64,000 bases of DNA from Halobacteriovoraceae bacterium (GTDB lineage Bacteria > Bdellovibrionota > Bacteriovoracia > Bacteriovoracales > Bacteriovoracaceae). Shown in pieces: positions 28,694 through 37,698 of the stretch. The translations under genes were made by a program, and so were the position numbers. Each line of letters starts with the position of its first letter. The first letter of the stretch is position 1. The DNA is taken from assembly GCA_963719505.1 (NCBI GenBank), contig CAVRCF010000005.1:64001-128000 (forward strand), read 5' to 3'. The notes under the pieces were generated by a model. That model saw only the letters and a list, made by a program, of their open reading frames with translations. It was not told the origin of the DNA and did not search any database.

Positions 28694-28726
28694 TTTTCAC
28701 CTCTATAGAATCTTTGGCAGATATCT

Positions 28727-28840
28727 TTATTTTTTATTAAAAAAATATTCAACAAGAGTTATCCCTACAAAAAACAAAGAATAAGCTATTATTGAGATCA
28801 AGATAAATTGTGCGTTTTCATCATCTTCACTCTTCTTCAT
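28727..28840 (-). CDS. 37-aa single-TM peptide (not in ORF track)
   Basis: MKKSEDDENAQFILISIIAYSLFFVGITLVEYFFNKK fills the gap; weak RBS. Confidence 0.5.
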   Translation of the reverse strand: MKKSEDDENAQFILISIIAYSLFFVGITLVEYFFNKK

Positions 28841-29012
28841 GCAACTTCTCTCTAGATAGATAATTCTTTAATTTTAAATCTAGTCGAGTTAACTTTCCGT
28901 ACCTGTCTTTTGGGATGAAAACTCTCTTTTTCTTGCCCTTATCAAACTGTATTATCCTTGAATCAGAGACCATTAGCTGTGTTGTTCCACTTAATATTAT
29001 TTTATTTTTCAT
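28827..29012 (-). CDS. Small basic phage protein
   Basis: ATG 29012 with GAGG RBS. Confidence 0.65.
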   Translation of the reverse strand: MKNKIILSGTTQLMVSDSRIIQFDKGKKKRVFIPKDRYGKLTRLDLKLKNYLSREKLHEEE

Positions 29013-29016
29013 CTTC

Positions 29017-29226
29017 TTACCTCTTGTTATGGCCACATAGAAACTCTGTGCAGCCGCATTTTTCGCACTCACTTGTAATTGCTTCACTCTCGTTGTAATT
29101 TGAGAGGTGTTCTCTTAAATCTTCACAGTAATTCACTAAAGACTCATCTGTTGTCATGAGTTGAAAATCTGTTAGGCGGCTCAAGAGAGCAATTATCACA
29201 ACATCCTTTTTCTTTTTTTTGCTCAT
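29017..29226 (-). CDS. Small phage protein with C-terminal Cys cluster
   Basis: CEKCGCTEFLCGH. Confidence 0.65.
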   Translation of the reverse strand: MSKKKKKDVVIIALLSRLTDFQLMTTDESLVNYCEDLREHLSNYNESEAITSECEKCGCTEFLCGHNKR

Positions 29227-29312
29227 ATTAATCCATTTAGAAATGCAATTGCCTTTATAATAAAAAGTGACAAAAGAACAAAGCTAAGGGCAATTGCTTT
29301 TAGGGGAGTCAT

Positions 29313-29912
29313 TTAAACCTTTTTTACGTAGGTGTAACACTTGAAACCAAGCCAAAGCTTCCACCAAACTCTCACGCATTTTCTTGATACCTCAGGCTCG
29401 CTTGGCGCTTCAATATCACCTCTGAAATACCACTCTTCAAACCAAAGATTAACCAAGTAGGGGAGCGACTCTCTAAGCCACTTTCCACTATGTCTAAAGC
29501 CAAACATGTGAACTAATTCATGGCAAAAGTTTGAAGCAATTTCAAAAACCTTCCCGATGTCAAAATATTTTGAATTCACATAGATATACTTAACCATTGG
29601 TATTATGTAGCCCTTAACCTTGGACCACCATTTTGAATATCTCGTAACGTGAAGATCAATTTCGTAATCGATCTCATCATTCCATTCTTCTTTACCACTT
29701 TGGATGAGTTCATATATCTCTTGGTTACTCATTCTTTTTGAGATACTAGATTTACTTTCGCCTCTAAGTTTAGAGAGATCCTCATTTAGAAATTTTTCTT
29801 TAAAAAAGTCACTCGCTAAAAATGCAAGAGAGTGGTTTGCGGCTTGGATGGCTTTTGCCTCCTGAGCTTCGTTCATATTTGTCACATCAATTCTTACTGT
29901 TTTTAATCTCAT
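29313..29912 (-). CDS. Putative zinc metalloprotease (metzincin-type motif)
   Basis: HELVHMFGFRH = HExxHxxGxxH. Confidence 0.7.
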   Translation of the reverse strand: MRLKTVRIDVTNMNEAQEAKAIQAANHSLAFLASDFFKEKFLNEDLSKLRGESKSSISKRMSNQEIYELIQSGKEEWNDEIDYEIDLHVTRYSKWWSKVKGYIIPMVKYIYVNSKYFDIGKVFEIASNFCHELVHMFGFRHSGKWLRESLPYLVNLWFEEWYFRGDIEAPSEPEVSRKCVRVWWKLWLGFKCYTYVKKV

Positions 29913-29920
29913 TCTGTTTC

Positions 29921-30328
29921 CTATAAAATATAAATTTCGTTTATTCCGTTATGCCCTACAATTTTGTGATCATATTTTTGGGACTTACTCTTTTTGTCCA
30001 TTTTTATCTGGCCATTCTTGTTAAGTCTTCTAGTTAATAATTCGTACTTAGAACTTGTCACCAACTCATAATGTGAATATGTTTTGTTTCTTTCTAAGTG
30101 AAAGTTAACAATTTCTTGCTCAAAAAATATTTTTCCCGAAATCAAGTCTTCGTTTATATCAATCCTAGTGTTCGACTCATGCATAGAGGTTTTGTTATTC
30201 TTTGCAATAAAGTTTTCTAGAGTTGGCTTCTCAGCTTCATTCCTCACCATTTTTAACTTAGCTTGAAGCGCACCGCTTTTTATCAATGCACTTTCACCAT
30301 AAAGTAATTTAATTCTCTCAGTTCTCAT
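29921..30328 (-). CDS. Phage hypothetical protein
   Basis: GAGG RBS. Confidence 0.75.
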   Translation of the reverse strand: MRTERIKLLYGESALIKSGALQAKLKMVRNEAEKPTLENFIAKNNKTSMHESNTRIDINEDLISGKIFFEQEIVNFHLERNKTYSHYELVTSSKYELLTRRLNKNGQIKMDKKSKSQKYDHKIVGHNGINEIYIL

Positions 30329-30358
30329 TTAACCTCTCTCAAAAGTTGTGACCCATTA

Positions 30359-30799
30359 TTAAAACGGTATATCGTCGTTTGCGTAATTTTTATCTGCGCT
30401 TTGATTTGAATTAGAGGAGGAGCCTTGCGACCCCCCCTTGGGATGTGCATGGTTTTCTTGGTTGGTTTCAGCCCTACCTAGAAACTTTATTTCTTTAGCT
30501 AATATCTCAGTTGTATATCTTTTATTTTTATCTTTATCTTCCCAAGAGCGCGTCGTGATTTTCCCCTCAACAAATATTTGGCTCCCCTTGACTAGGTACT
30601 GCTTGCATAGCTCAGCTTGTTTTCCCCAGACTACAATCCTGTGCCACTCAGTTGAGGACTGAGGAGCTCCAGAGTTTTTGTCTTTCCAGTTCTCTGTTGT
30701 TGCGAGAGATATTGTGCAGACAGCTTGTCCAGTTTGTGTGTACTTAACATCTGGATCTTGACCCAAATGACCAATCAGTTGAACTTTGTTAACACTCAT
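30359..30799 (-). CDS. ssb: Single-stranded DNA-binding protein
   Basis: VNKVQLIGHLGQDP, TEWHRIV, C-terminal DDIPF. Confidence 0.97.
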   Translation of the reverse strand: MSVNKVQLIGHLGQDPDVKYTQTGQAVCTISLATTENWKDKNSGAPQSSTEWHRIVVWGKQAELCKQYLVKGSQIFVEGKITTRSWEDKDKNKRYTTEILAKEIKFLGRAETNQENHAHPKGGSQGSSSNSNQSADKNYANDDIPF

Positions 30800-31346
30800 T
30801 TGCGTCCTCGTTTTCTATTTTAATAATTGTTGTGAAATCTAAAATCTTAACTTCACCGTTTCCAGTGACGTTTTTAATTAACTCTTGTTTTGAAAGAGCA
30901 ACCTTTTTGTTTATATTTGCTATACATGATCTTCTGAGTTGTGTTTTTAAGTAAGAAGACTCTGTGCTCTCGGAGTTTAAAATCGTTGATATTCCAACAC
31001 TTCTAGCAATGCTTAACTCTAGGGGGGTTAAGTCTTCGGCGATTCTCTTTTGGTTATATAAACCCGCCGACAAAATAGAGCTCCAAATTTTGTCGCACAT
31101 AATTTGAGCTTGATCTTCGGATGATATTTCTGGATTCATCTCAGCAATAATTTCAGGGCACGATGGAAAGAAAGTGATTCCCTTTTTTATCAAGCTTGTA
31201 ATGGCCAAGACAATTTCTTCAGGTTGGTAACCAGCCAAAACCGAGGCGTACATCTCCAGAGATTCATCATCGGGCATTTGCGATTTATTAAACAGTTTCC
31301 CCATTCGATATAAAACTTTGCAAATATCTTTTTTCTCAGTCTGCAT
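30789..31346 (-). CDS. Putative helicase loader/inhibitor-type replication protein
   Basis: Follows the initiator; FFPSCPEI motif resembles phage loader/G39P-like proteins. Confidence 0.55.
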   Translation of the reverse strand: MQTEKKDICKVLYRMGKLFNKSQMPDDESLEMYASVLAGYQPEEIVLAITSLIKKGITFFPSCPEIIAEMNPEISSEDQAQIMCDKIWSSILSAGLYNQKRIAEDLTPLELSIARSVGISTILNSESTESSYLKTQLRRSCIANINKKVALSKQELIKNVTGNGEVKILDFTTIIKIENEDANEC

Positions 31347-32097
31347 ATTTACTCCTTGGGGTATCGCTCGGAACGCGGTGCGATTGCTTCAGAAATGGGT
31401 CAATTTTAAAGTCTAAATCAAAAAACCTATCAGAGCTCTCATTCATCAAGAAACTCTTTAAATCGAATCTGTGCGTGTACCAACTCGGAGGATTTAGCTT
31501 GGCCACTGCTGAGTAGTTGGCAATTGCTCTCAATACATCATCCGTACCTTGTTTACTTTTAAGGCGATGCTTTAAACCCATTGAAACCTTTCTGAGATTT
31601 TCAGGAATCAATTTCGTTTCTTTGAGTCCTTGGAAATTCCAAAGATCTATTATTTTTTTTGAGTGTATATATATATCTTCTTCTCCCTCTACTTCTTCTT
31701 CTGTATCTACTTCTCCTTCTAGGGTCGGTTTTAACGACCTAGATGCGATTCTTTTACGATTATATTTTGAGTCTTTGTTCTGTAGTTCTAGTAAGATAGG
31801 GCACTCAATTAAGAAAAAGTTTCCGGAATCTTGAAATGAAATTAGGTGAAGTTCTACCAAAAGTTCCATAAAAGTTATCAGCTTTTTGCGGAACTTTATG
31901 TGAACTTTTGTTGAAATCTCTCTGAAATGTATCTCAAAAGTTGCTTGTCTTTTGTCTATTTGATCTAGAGTAAGCTCGTTATTCAGTAACTCTAAAAGAA
32001 GAAACCATCTCGCATAACCATCTAATCCGAGCTTATCAATTATCTCATTTATCTTTACCGACTTGCTTGCGTCAGAAAAATGCTTAAACCACTTCAT
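31336..32097 (-). CDS. Phage replication initiator/replisome organiser
   Basis: MKWFKH...GLDGYARWFLLLE N-terminus; acidic repeat linker. Confidence 0.75.
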   Translation of the reverse strand: MKWFKHFSDASKSVKINEIIDKLGLDGYARWFLLLELLNNELTLDQIDKRQATFEIHFREISTKVHIKFRKKLITFMELLVELHLISFQDSGNFFLIECPILLELQNKDSKYNRKRIASRSLKPTLEGEVDTEEEVEGEEDIYIHSKKIIDLWNFQGLKETKLIPENLRKVSMGLKHRLKSKQGTDDVLRAIANYSAVAKLNPPSWYTHRFDLKSFLMNESSDRFFDLDFKIDPFLKQSHRVPSDTPRSKYAD

Positions 32098-32249
32098 TAA
32101 TTATTCCTCTTGTCCCACTCTCTAATCATTTCTAATTCTTGTCGCAGCGAAAACTTCTGAGTTTTGCATCCACAAAAAAGACACTCAAGTCTTTGGTATT
32201 GGCGACAAAATATCTTAACTGGCCATTTTCCGCAGTTACACTTTTTCAT
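32097..32249 (-). CDS. 50-aa Lar (restriction alleviation)-like Zn-finger protein (not in ORF track)
   Basis: MKKCNCG...ECLFCG...IREWDKR; coupled on both sides. Confidence 0.6.
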   Translation of the reverse strand: MKKCNCGKWPVKIFCRQYQRLECLFCGCKTQKFSLRQELEMIREWDKRNN

Positions 32250-33335
32250 CTAATATATGAGCTTGATATTTCTAATCTCACCATTGACAATAACCTCAAT
32301 AATGGATTTAGCTGTTAATTCACTGATATCTAGAGTGCTCACTAAATCAGTCAAGACTTCATTTTTTACCCTCATCTGATGATTAAGGTTGTTTTTTCTC
32401 TCAACCTCAAGTTTTCTTTTTGCTTCTTCTTCCTCTTTAATTCTTTCTTGCTCTTCTATTTTAGCTTTTTGAATTGCAAGAGCTTCTCGTTTTTCTGCTT
32501 CAATTTTTTCATTTGCAGCCTTTTCCTCGGCCTCTTTCTTTTCTTGAATTATTTTCTTCTCAAGTTCAATTGCTCTTTTTTCAGCATCAATCTTTTCTTG
32601 TTCTATTTTCTTCTCTCTTTCTAACGATTCTTTTTTTTCTCTTTCTACTTTCTCAGCTTGTATTCTCATTTCTTCTTGTGCTTTTCTTTCGGCAGACTCT
32701 TTTGCCTCTCTGGCTATTTTTTCTTCTCTATCTTTCTGATCTCTAATCTCTTTATCTTTTCTTAGTTGTTCCAGCTCAGCTTTCTCTCTTTCTTGCTCTA
32801 TTGCTTTTTTTATCGCTGAAGTATGGATCTCTATCGCTTCTGCTTTAACTCGAATTGCCTCGTCTTTATACTCTTCCCAATCATCAATTGAGGTGCTCTT
32901 AAGTTGTTCTAGGTGTGTGCTTAAATCATCAGAGCTAAGATCATAACTTGGGGTTAGAAAAGCTCTTAAAGAGACCATCCTTAATTCGAGTTCCGCGACT
33001 CTCTTTTTTTCGACTTCTTCCCACTCAGTCAGCGGCTTTCTTATTTCTGATTGCAAGTCTATTAGAAAATCTTTTGCTATTTTCCCTTCTGCGTTTACCG
33101 CTTTCGTTTTTTTAGTCCAATCACTAACAATTGATAATCTTAAATCTTCTAAATACTTCCTGCTTTTTTGAACTTTTGAAGCTTGAGCTGTTATCGCCGC
33201 CCTTCCCTTTGCTGTTGAAATATCTGATTCAAAATTGGTCGCCAGCTTCTTGATATCTTCAAGCACAACCTTTAGCCCGCCCGTTGAAAAATAGTCTATG
33301 AGCTTCTTTTCTTCGACATTGATTAGTTCATTCAT
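32250..33335 (-). CDS. Coiled-coil phage protein of recombination modules
   Basis: DISTAKGRAAI...KVQKS...IRKPLTEWE pattern; E/K/A-rich coil. Confidence 0.8.
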   Translation of the reverse strand: MNELINVEEKKLIDYFSTGGLKVVLEDIKKLATNFESDISTAKGRAAITAQASKVQKSRKYLEDLRLSIVSDWTKKTKAVNAEGKIAKDFLIDLQSEIRKPLTEWEEVEKKRVAELELRMVSLRAFLTPSYDLSSDDLSTHLEQLKSTSIDDWEEYKDEAIRVKAEAIEIHTSAIKKAIEQEREKAELEQLRKDKEIRDQKDREEKIAREAKESAERKAQEEMRIQAEKVEREKKESLEREKKIEQEKIDAEKRAIELEKKIIQEKKEAEEKAANEKIEAEKREALAIQKAKIEEQERIKEEEEAKRKLEVERKNNLNHQMRVKNEVLTDLVSTLDISELTAKSIIEVIVNGEIRNIKLIY

Positions 33336-33343
33336 TTTTTCTC

Positions 33344-33979
33344 CTATGCTACTTCTAAGAGCTGATTTAATCTAAAAAGACTTTCTTTAACTTCTTTTGC
33401 ACAAAAATCTAAATTTTTCTTTAGTGATCTTATTAACTCTTCATCTCGCTCCACCACGAGATAAAGAGCTGGAAGGCCGGGGTGATAAGAAACAAAGATC
33501 CATTTATCAAATCCACTAACCAAGAGTGATCCTTGCACTTGCAATATATATTCCCTTGGCAAAACACCCGCCGATAAATAAGCGAGATGGGTGTGGATCA
33601 TTGGGCACTTCATTTCCAAGCCTAACTTTGTTTTTTCCTCGATGGCGTCAGGAGAACAACCGTACCCACACTCTTCACCCTTTTCGTTTACTGCGTCCAT
33701 AAAACCACAAGGAACAAAGCTGTGATCATAAACTAAATTCACATATTCAAGAGCCTCAACCTCAAGCTCGTTTCCTCTTTTCATAGCTTCGGATTGAAAT
33801 GTATCAAGTGGGTTTCCAACTACTAATTCGGCAACAGCCTTGTGCACTAATTCTGTATGTGAAGATGAGACCGCACCTTTTGGAGTTGTCGTTTTACTAA
33901 AATTAGAAGCCGTTATTCTTCCCAATCTACTATAGAACCATTCATCAGATCCCTGTTTGCAGTCAATTAGCTTATACAT
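33344..33979 (-). CDS. YqaJ/lambda-exonuclease family nuclease
   Basis: QGSDEWFYSRLGRITAS, GCSPD, LEMKCP, QVQ; start at ATG 33979. Confidence 0.95.
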   Translation of the reverse strand: MYKLIDCKQGSDEWFYSRLGRITASNFSKTTTPKGAVSSSHTELVHKAVAELVVGNPLDTFQSEAMKRGNELEVEALEYVNLVYDHSFVPCGFMDAVNEKGEECGYGCSPDAIEEKTKLGLEMKCPMIHTHLAYLSAGVLPREYILQVQGSLLVSGFDKWIFVSYHPGLPALYLVVERDEELIRSLKKNLDFCAKEVKESLFRLNQLLEVA

Positions 33980-34706
33980 TTGCAACCTCTTTTTTCTGTA
34001 GAGCTGCAATTCTTTTTTGCCTCATAAGTTTTATTGCCTTGTCAGCCTCAACCGAAGTTATTAGCGCTAGATCTGATACGTTTAGAAACTTAAGTAGTCG
34101 ATCTTTGTTGGATTTAGTTGATTCTATTAGTTCATCTAACTCTTTTGACTGAGCCTTTGTTACCATTGAATCAGATGCTCTTGCTGCATCATCATCTTCG
34201 CCAGCCGTGACCAAACCGAGTGCGTTCTCAAATAAAGCCCTCTTCGCATAAGAAAGTGCTGATTTTCTTTGTTGGCTAGTATTTAGTTTTTGATCACTTG
34301 CTTGTAATGTAGCGTAGGTGTATTCAAAATCTTTTTTATATCCATCAATATGAGAAACAGTCATCACTAAAACTGACTCACCATCACCCTTGTTTAAGCT
34401 ATTAAAAGAATAAGACAATCCACACTGAGAAAGGAAAGGTTTCGCGATATGAACAATTTCATCTAAGGGAGCATAAGAGTAATTTACCGAATTAAATGAA
34501 ACCTTTTTATTTCTTTTAATTATTGGACAGAGACCTTGAAACTCAGACATAGCTAAATTGAATCTCTTTTCATTCTGTCTCTCTTCCATTTTTATTTGAA
34601 GATCCATAAATTTCTCTAATCTTTCAGGATCAATGTCTTTTCTTTTCACAATCTCCATTAGAGCTATTTGGACATCGGAATCTTCTTTTTTTATTAATTC
34701 ACTCAC
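33972..34706 (-). CDS. erf: ERF-family ssDNA annealing protein
   Basis: YSYAPLDEI, SALSYAKR, EDDDA. Confidence 0.92.
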   Translation of the reverse strand: MSELIKKEDSDVQIALMEIVKRKDIDPERLEKFMDLQIKMEERQNEKRFNLAMSEFQGLCPIIKRNKKVSFNSVNYSYAPLDEIVHIAKPFLSQCGLSYSFNSLNKGDGESVLVMTVSHIDGYKKDFEYTYATLQASDQKLNTSQQRKSALSYAKRALFENALGLVTAGEDDDAARASDSMVTKAQSKELDELIESTKSNKDRLLKFLNVSDLALITSVEADKAIKLMRQKRIAALQKKEVANV

Positions 34707-34990
34707 TACGCCACCTCTCTTTGATATATCTCAAATTTCTTATCAACCAAGCTTTTTGCCATAGCTTCAATCTCTTCATAGATATCTGGAGATGCAAACA
34801 TGATCGCCTCAGTGATTTCTTCGAGCTCTCTGTTTGTATAAATTCTTAAAAATTCTATTGTTGACTCATTGTCTTCATGAGTTTTGACTATGATTGTGTG
34901 ACGGACATCAATGTGAAGATTAACTTTTTCACCGTTTTCTTTTTCACCAACTTCAAACTCAAACTTAAAGTCATCATTAAAACTCGCCAT
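34706..34990 (-). CDS. Phage hypothetical protein
   Basis: ATG 34990 with GGAGG RBS. Confidence 0.75.
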   Translation of the reverse strand: MASFNDDFKFEFEVGEKENGEKVNLHIDVRHTIIVKTHEDNESTIEFLRIYTNRELEEITEAIMFASPDIYEEIEAMAKSLVDKKFEIYQREVA

Positions 34991-35096
34991 ATTCCCTCCA
35001 AGAAGACGCACGAATACACCGTGCAAAATTTATACTTATGCTAAATAATTATTGTTAAATTTTTGTAATTCTGTAGAGTCAATCCATGACGCTGAA

Positions 35097-35324
35097 TTAA
35101 GCCGCTTCCTCTTCTGCCAAGAACGGGAATAGCTCGTCAAAACTTAAGCCTGTCGCCAAACAGAGCTTATTTATTGTTTCCAAAGTGGGGTTGTTTGTTA
35201 CACCCCTTAAAAGTTTATCAAGTGAAGATTGTGAGATGTCTGACTTGATAACCAGTTTTTCCATTCCCTTGTTTCCAAGAGATTCAATATATTTATTAAG
35301 TAGTTTTGCGTTAAGTTTTCTCAT
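35097..35324 (-). CDS. Cro-like XRE HTH regulator
   Basis: 75 aa, ISQSSLDKLLRG..NPTLETINKL; heads the early operon. Confidence 0.85.
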   Translation of the reverse strand: MRKLNAKLLNKYIESLGNKGMEKLVIKSDISQSSLDKLLRGVTNNPTLETINKLCLATGLSFDELFPFLAEEEAA

Positions 35325-35430
35325 GTGATGACTTTAAGGCTTATTCGCCTTCGGTGCAACAATAAAATGAGCGAATACGCTCTTTTGTAATATTATTAAT
35401 GCTTTATACTAGCCTAAAGGTGTGTAAAAA
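35325..35430. promoter_or_regulatory. Divergent lysis/lysogeny switch region with two candidate operators and a sigma70-type promoter for the cro-like gene
   Basis: Imperfect palindromes AGGCTTATTCGCCT (35337-35350) and GAGCGAATACGCTC (35369-35382); minus strand TTGCAC-17-TAAAGT. Confidence 0.65.
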
Positions 35431-35817
35431 ATGCAAATTGGAATCTCTATTAACAAAGCTAGGAAGGATCTCGGGTTGTCGAGAGAAAATCTTGCGGAAA
35501 AAATAGGGGTCAGCACTAGCACGGTTATGAGATGGGAGAAGGAAACCATACACCCATCTTTTGAGAGTGTAGTTATGCTCTCAAAGTGCCTTCATAAGCC
35601 TTTGGAGTATTTTTCTGGAGAGATCAAAAGAGAAGAAAACACCCATAAAGCTATTAGTATCAGTGACTTCCTAGCGGCTACCACTGAGAGCTCCGAGCTA
35701 ATTTCCCTAATAAGCCAACTAAATCCATCTCAAAGCAAAGACGATCTTCTTGAAGATATGAAAGACCTTGTTAGGTCCGAGATCAAGCGGAGTCAACCTC
35801 GCTCTCAAGAGGCTTGA
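35431..35817 (+). CDS. CI-like XRE HTH repressor (no S24 peptidase domain)
   Basis: LSRENLAEKIGVSTSTVMRWEK; divergent from the cro-like gene. Confidence 0.85.
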   Translation: MQIGISINKARKDLGLSRENLAEKIGVSTSTVMRWEKETIHPSFESVVMLSKCLHKPLEYFSGEIKREENTHKAISISDFLAATTESSELISLISQLNPSQSKDDLLEDMKDLVRSEIKRSQPRSQEA

Positions 35818-36231
35818 CGATCTCAAGCTTTCTCTTTTTAACAATCTTAACTTCAATGTAGAGATTAGGACTTTCTAGAGATAGGAAATCCTCTAACTTC
35901 GATCCACTTTTAAAATCTCGCACTGCCAACCTGATAATGTTCAATATTTCGCATATAACCATATATAGAAAATAAACTCTTAACTTAATTTAAGTAGCGT
36001 TAAATTTTCTTAATGCATTATTGGGTCGTTAAGAAATCTTAATTTGTTTTCTGTAAAGGTTATATATTTAACTGAAGGGAATTTATTTAAAAATAATTGA
36101 ACATTAAGCTATCTTAATCTTAATTTTCCCTAATATGACAGATCTGAGTTTTAGCCTACAAAAGTTGGCAAATTGATCTTTTCATCACTTTATTTTCTTC
36201 CGAAGATGAGAGAACTCTCGATTTTTATTTT

Positions 36232-36606
36232 ATGTATGAGCTTCATTTTAAAATGTACGGCTTGCCCAAGAGTTTAAATAAATCTCTTCGGACAAATAGG
36301 TATCAGAGAAATGATGAATACAAATTTTGGTATGATGCTGTTTGCGAAATGCTTCAAGATAAGAGACCAGATCTTCCTCTTAAGCGCGCGAAAATAAAGA
36401 TAGTTCGACATTTTTATCGAGAATTAGACTTCGATGGCCTTGTCGGTTCGTTCAAACCAATTGTAGACTCTTTGATACATGCAGGAATAATTATTGATGA
36501 TAATTGGAAGTGCTTAGGTTCGTGGGATGTGGATCAAAGGTACTGTTCTAAGAAAGAACATAAAAGTGGTTTTTTTGAGTTAACGGTTTCAGAGCTACCT
36601 ATTTAA
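36232..36606 (+). CDS. RusA-like Holliday junction resolvase
   Basis: LPKSLN, LDFDGL...KPIVDSL..AGIIIDD. Confidence 0.8.
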   Translation: MYELHFKMYGLPKSLNKSLRTNRYQRNDEYKFWYDAVCEMLQDKRPDLPLKRAKIKIVRHFYRELDFDGLVGSFKPIVDSLIHAGIIIDDNWKCLGSWDVDQRYCSKKEHKSGFFELTVSELPI

Positions 36607-36645
36607 TTTTTTTACTCGAAGTAAAAAATAAAATAGGAGAGCTGA

Positions 36646-37698
36646 ATGAATCAGGTAAAAGTAGAAGCAGATGCTTCAATTTCTAAAATCAGAGAAATTC
36701 TCAGTCGAGAAGAATCTAAAAATATTGTCATAGGCTTAAATGATAAAGAGTCCTTTCCTGAGCATTTGCCGGAATTTGATGAGGTTTATCTTTATTCTGA
36801 AAAATCAATAGATATCGCACTTTCTAAAATTAAATGGATGCCAGAGTACATGAAGGAAGACGCTAAACAATATGCGCTACTTGAGGTTTATGGAGCTTGG
36901 CAAAAGATATCTTCAGAAGTTACCACTTGGAAATCATACATTAATCAAAGGGCCAAGGGAGCTATAAAGGATTTTATAAAACTTGGAAAGGGTGATCAAG
37001 CTCACAAGTGGATGAGAAGTGGTAATAAGAGGTGTGATAAATGTAGAGACTTGGATGAGGAATCCAGCAAGAAGTGTGAGTGTAAGATTGCTAGATCTTC
37101 ATATTTAAAGTCAAGAGTGTCCGTTCGTAATGATAAAGGTGAATATTTAGATGTTGATGAGATAGCTGGAAGAGGTGGTTTTTATCATGAGCAACCTCTC
37201 GACGACGAGCCTAAAATAAAGTGGGACCTTCTTTCCAGAATGGCTTCAAAAGATGATGTGACGCTTTTGGTCGCAAAATATCTATCAGGCACGGAAATCC
37301 AAGAAATGTCGGACATGTCAAAAGTATCAAGGGAAAGATTCTCTCAAGTTATTAATCAATTCTTTAGAGATGTTGAATCAAAAGCACTGGAGAATAGTAG
37401 TTGGAATATTCAGCTTATGTATGCACTTGGTCTTTCTTCTAGGCTTGGTCTTGAGGATAGGGATAACGGAGAGGGGTGGGACTGTGAGCCCGCTGATATC
37501 TTTAGTGATGACATCATCTTTGATGGGAGGAGGTACTCTCCTCAAGTTAATATGTTTGGGGATGATTCCAGAGTTTATAACTCTTCGTTCAAAAAAGACA
37601 TAACTCACACTGATTCAGATGACAGAGATAATGATTACTCTCAGGATTACGCTGAAGAGTATGCTTTGGCTCATGAGCAAATTGGTTTTGAGCTATGA
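36646..37698 (+). CDS. Sigma70-family-like protein
   Basis: Region 2-like WKSYINQRAKGAIKDFIK; region 4-like IQEMSDMSKVSRERFSQVI. Confidence 0.65.
   Translation: MNQVKVEADASISKIREILSREESKNIVIGLNDKESFPEHLPEFDEVYLYSEKSIDIALSKIKWMPEYMKEDAKQYALLEVYGAWQKISSEVTTWKSYINQRAKGAIKDFIKLGKGDQAHKWMRSGNKRCDKCRDLDEESSKKCECKIARSSYLKSRVSVRNDKGEYLDVDEIAGRGGFYHEQPLDDEPKIKWDLLSRMASKDDVTLLVAKYLSGTEIQEMSDMSKVSRERFSQVINQFFRDVESKALENSSWNIQLMYALGLSSRLGLEDRDNGEGWDCEPADIFSDDIIFDGRRYSPQVNMFGDDSRVYNSSFKKDITHTDSDDRDNDYSQDYAEEYALAHEQIGFEL

Noticed and set aside
27937-28706. Junction repeats as a CRISPR array or integron attC sites
   Set aside because: Repeats are short and heterogeneous, the spacers are whole ORFs of 100-400 bp, there are no cas genes, and I saw no consistent attC R-box pairs.
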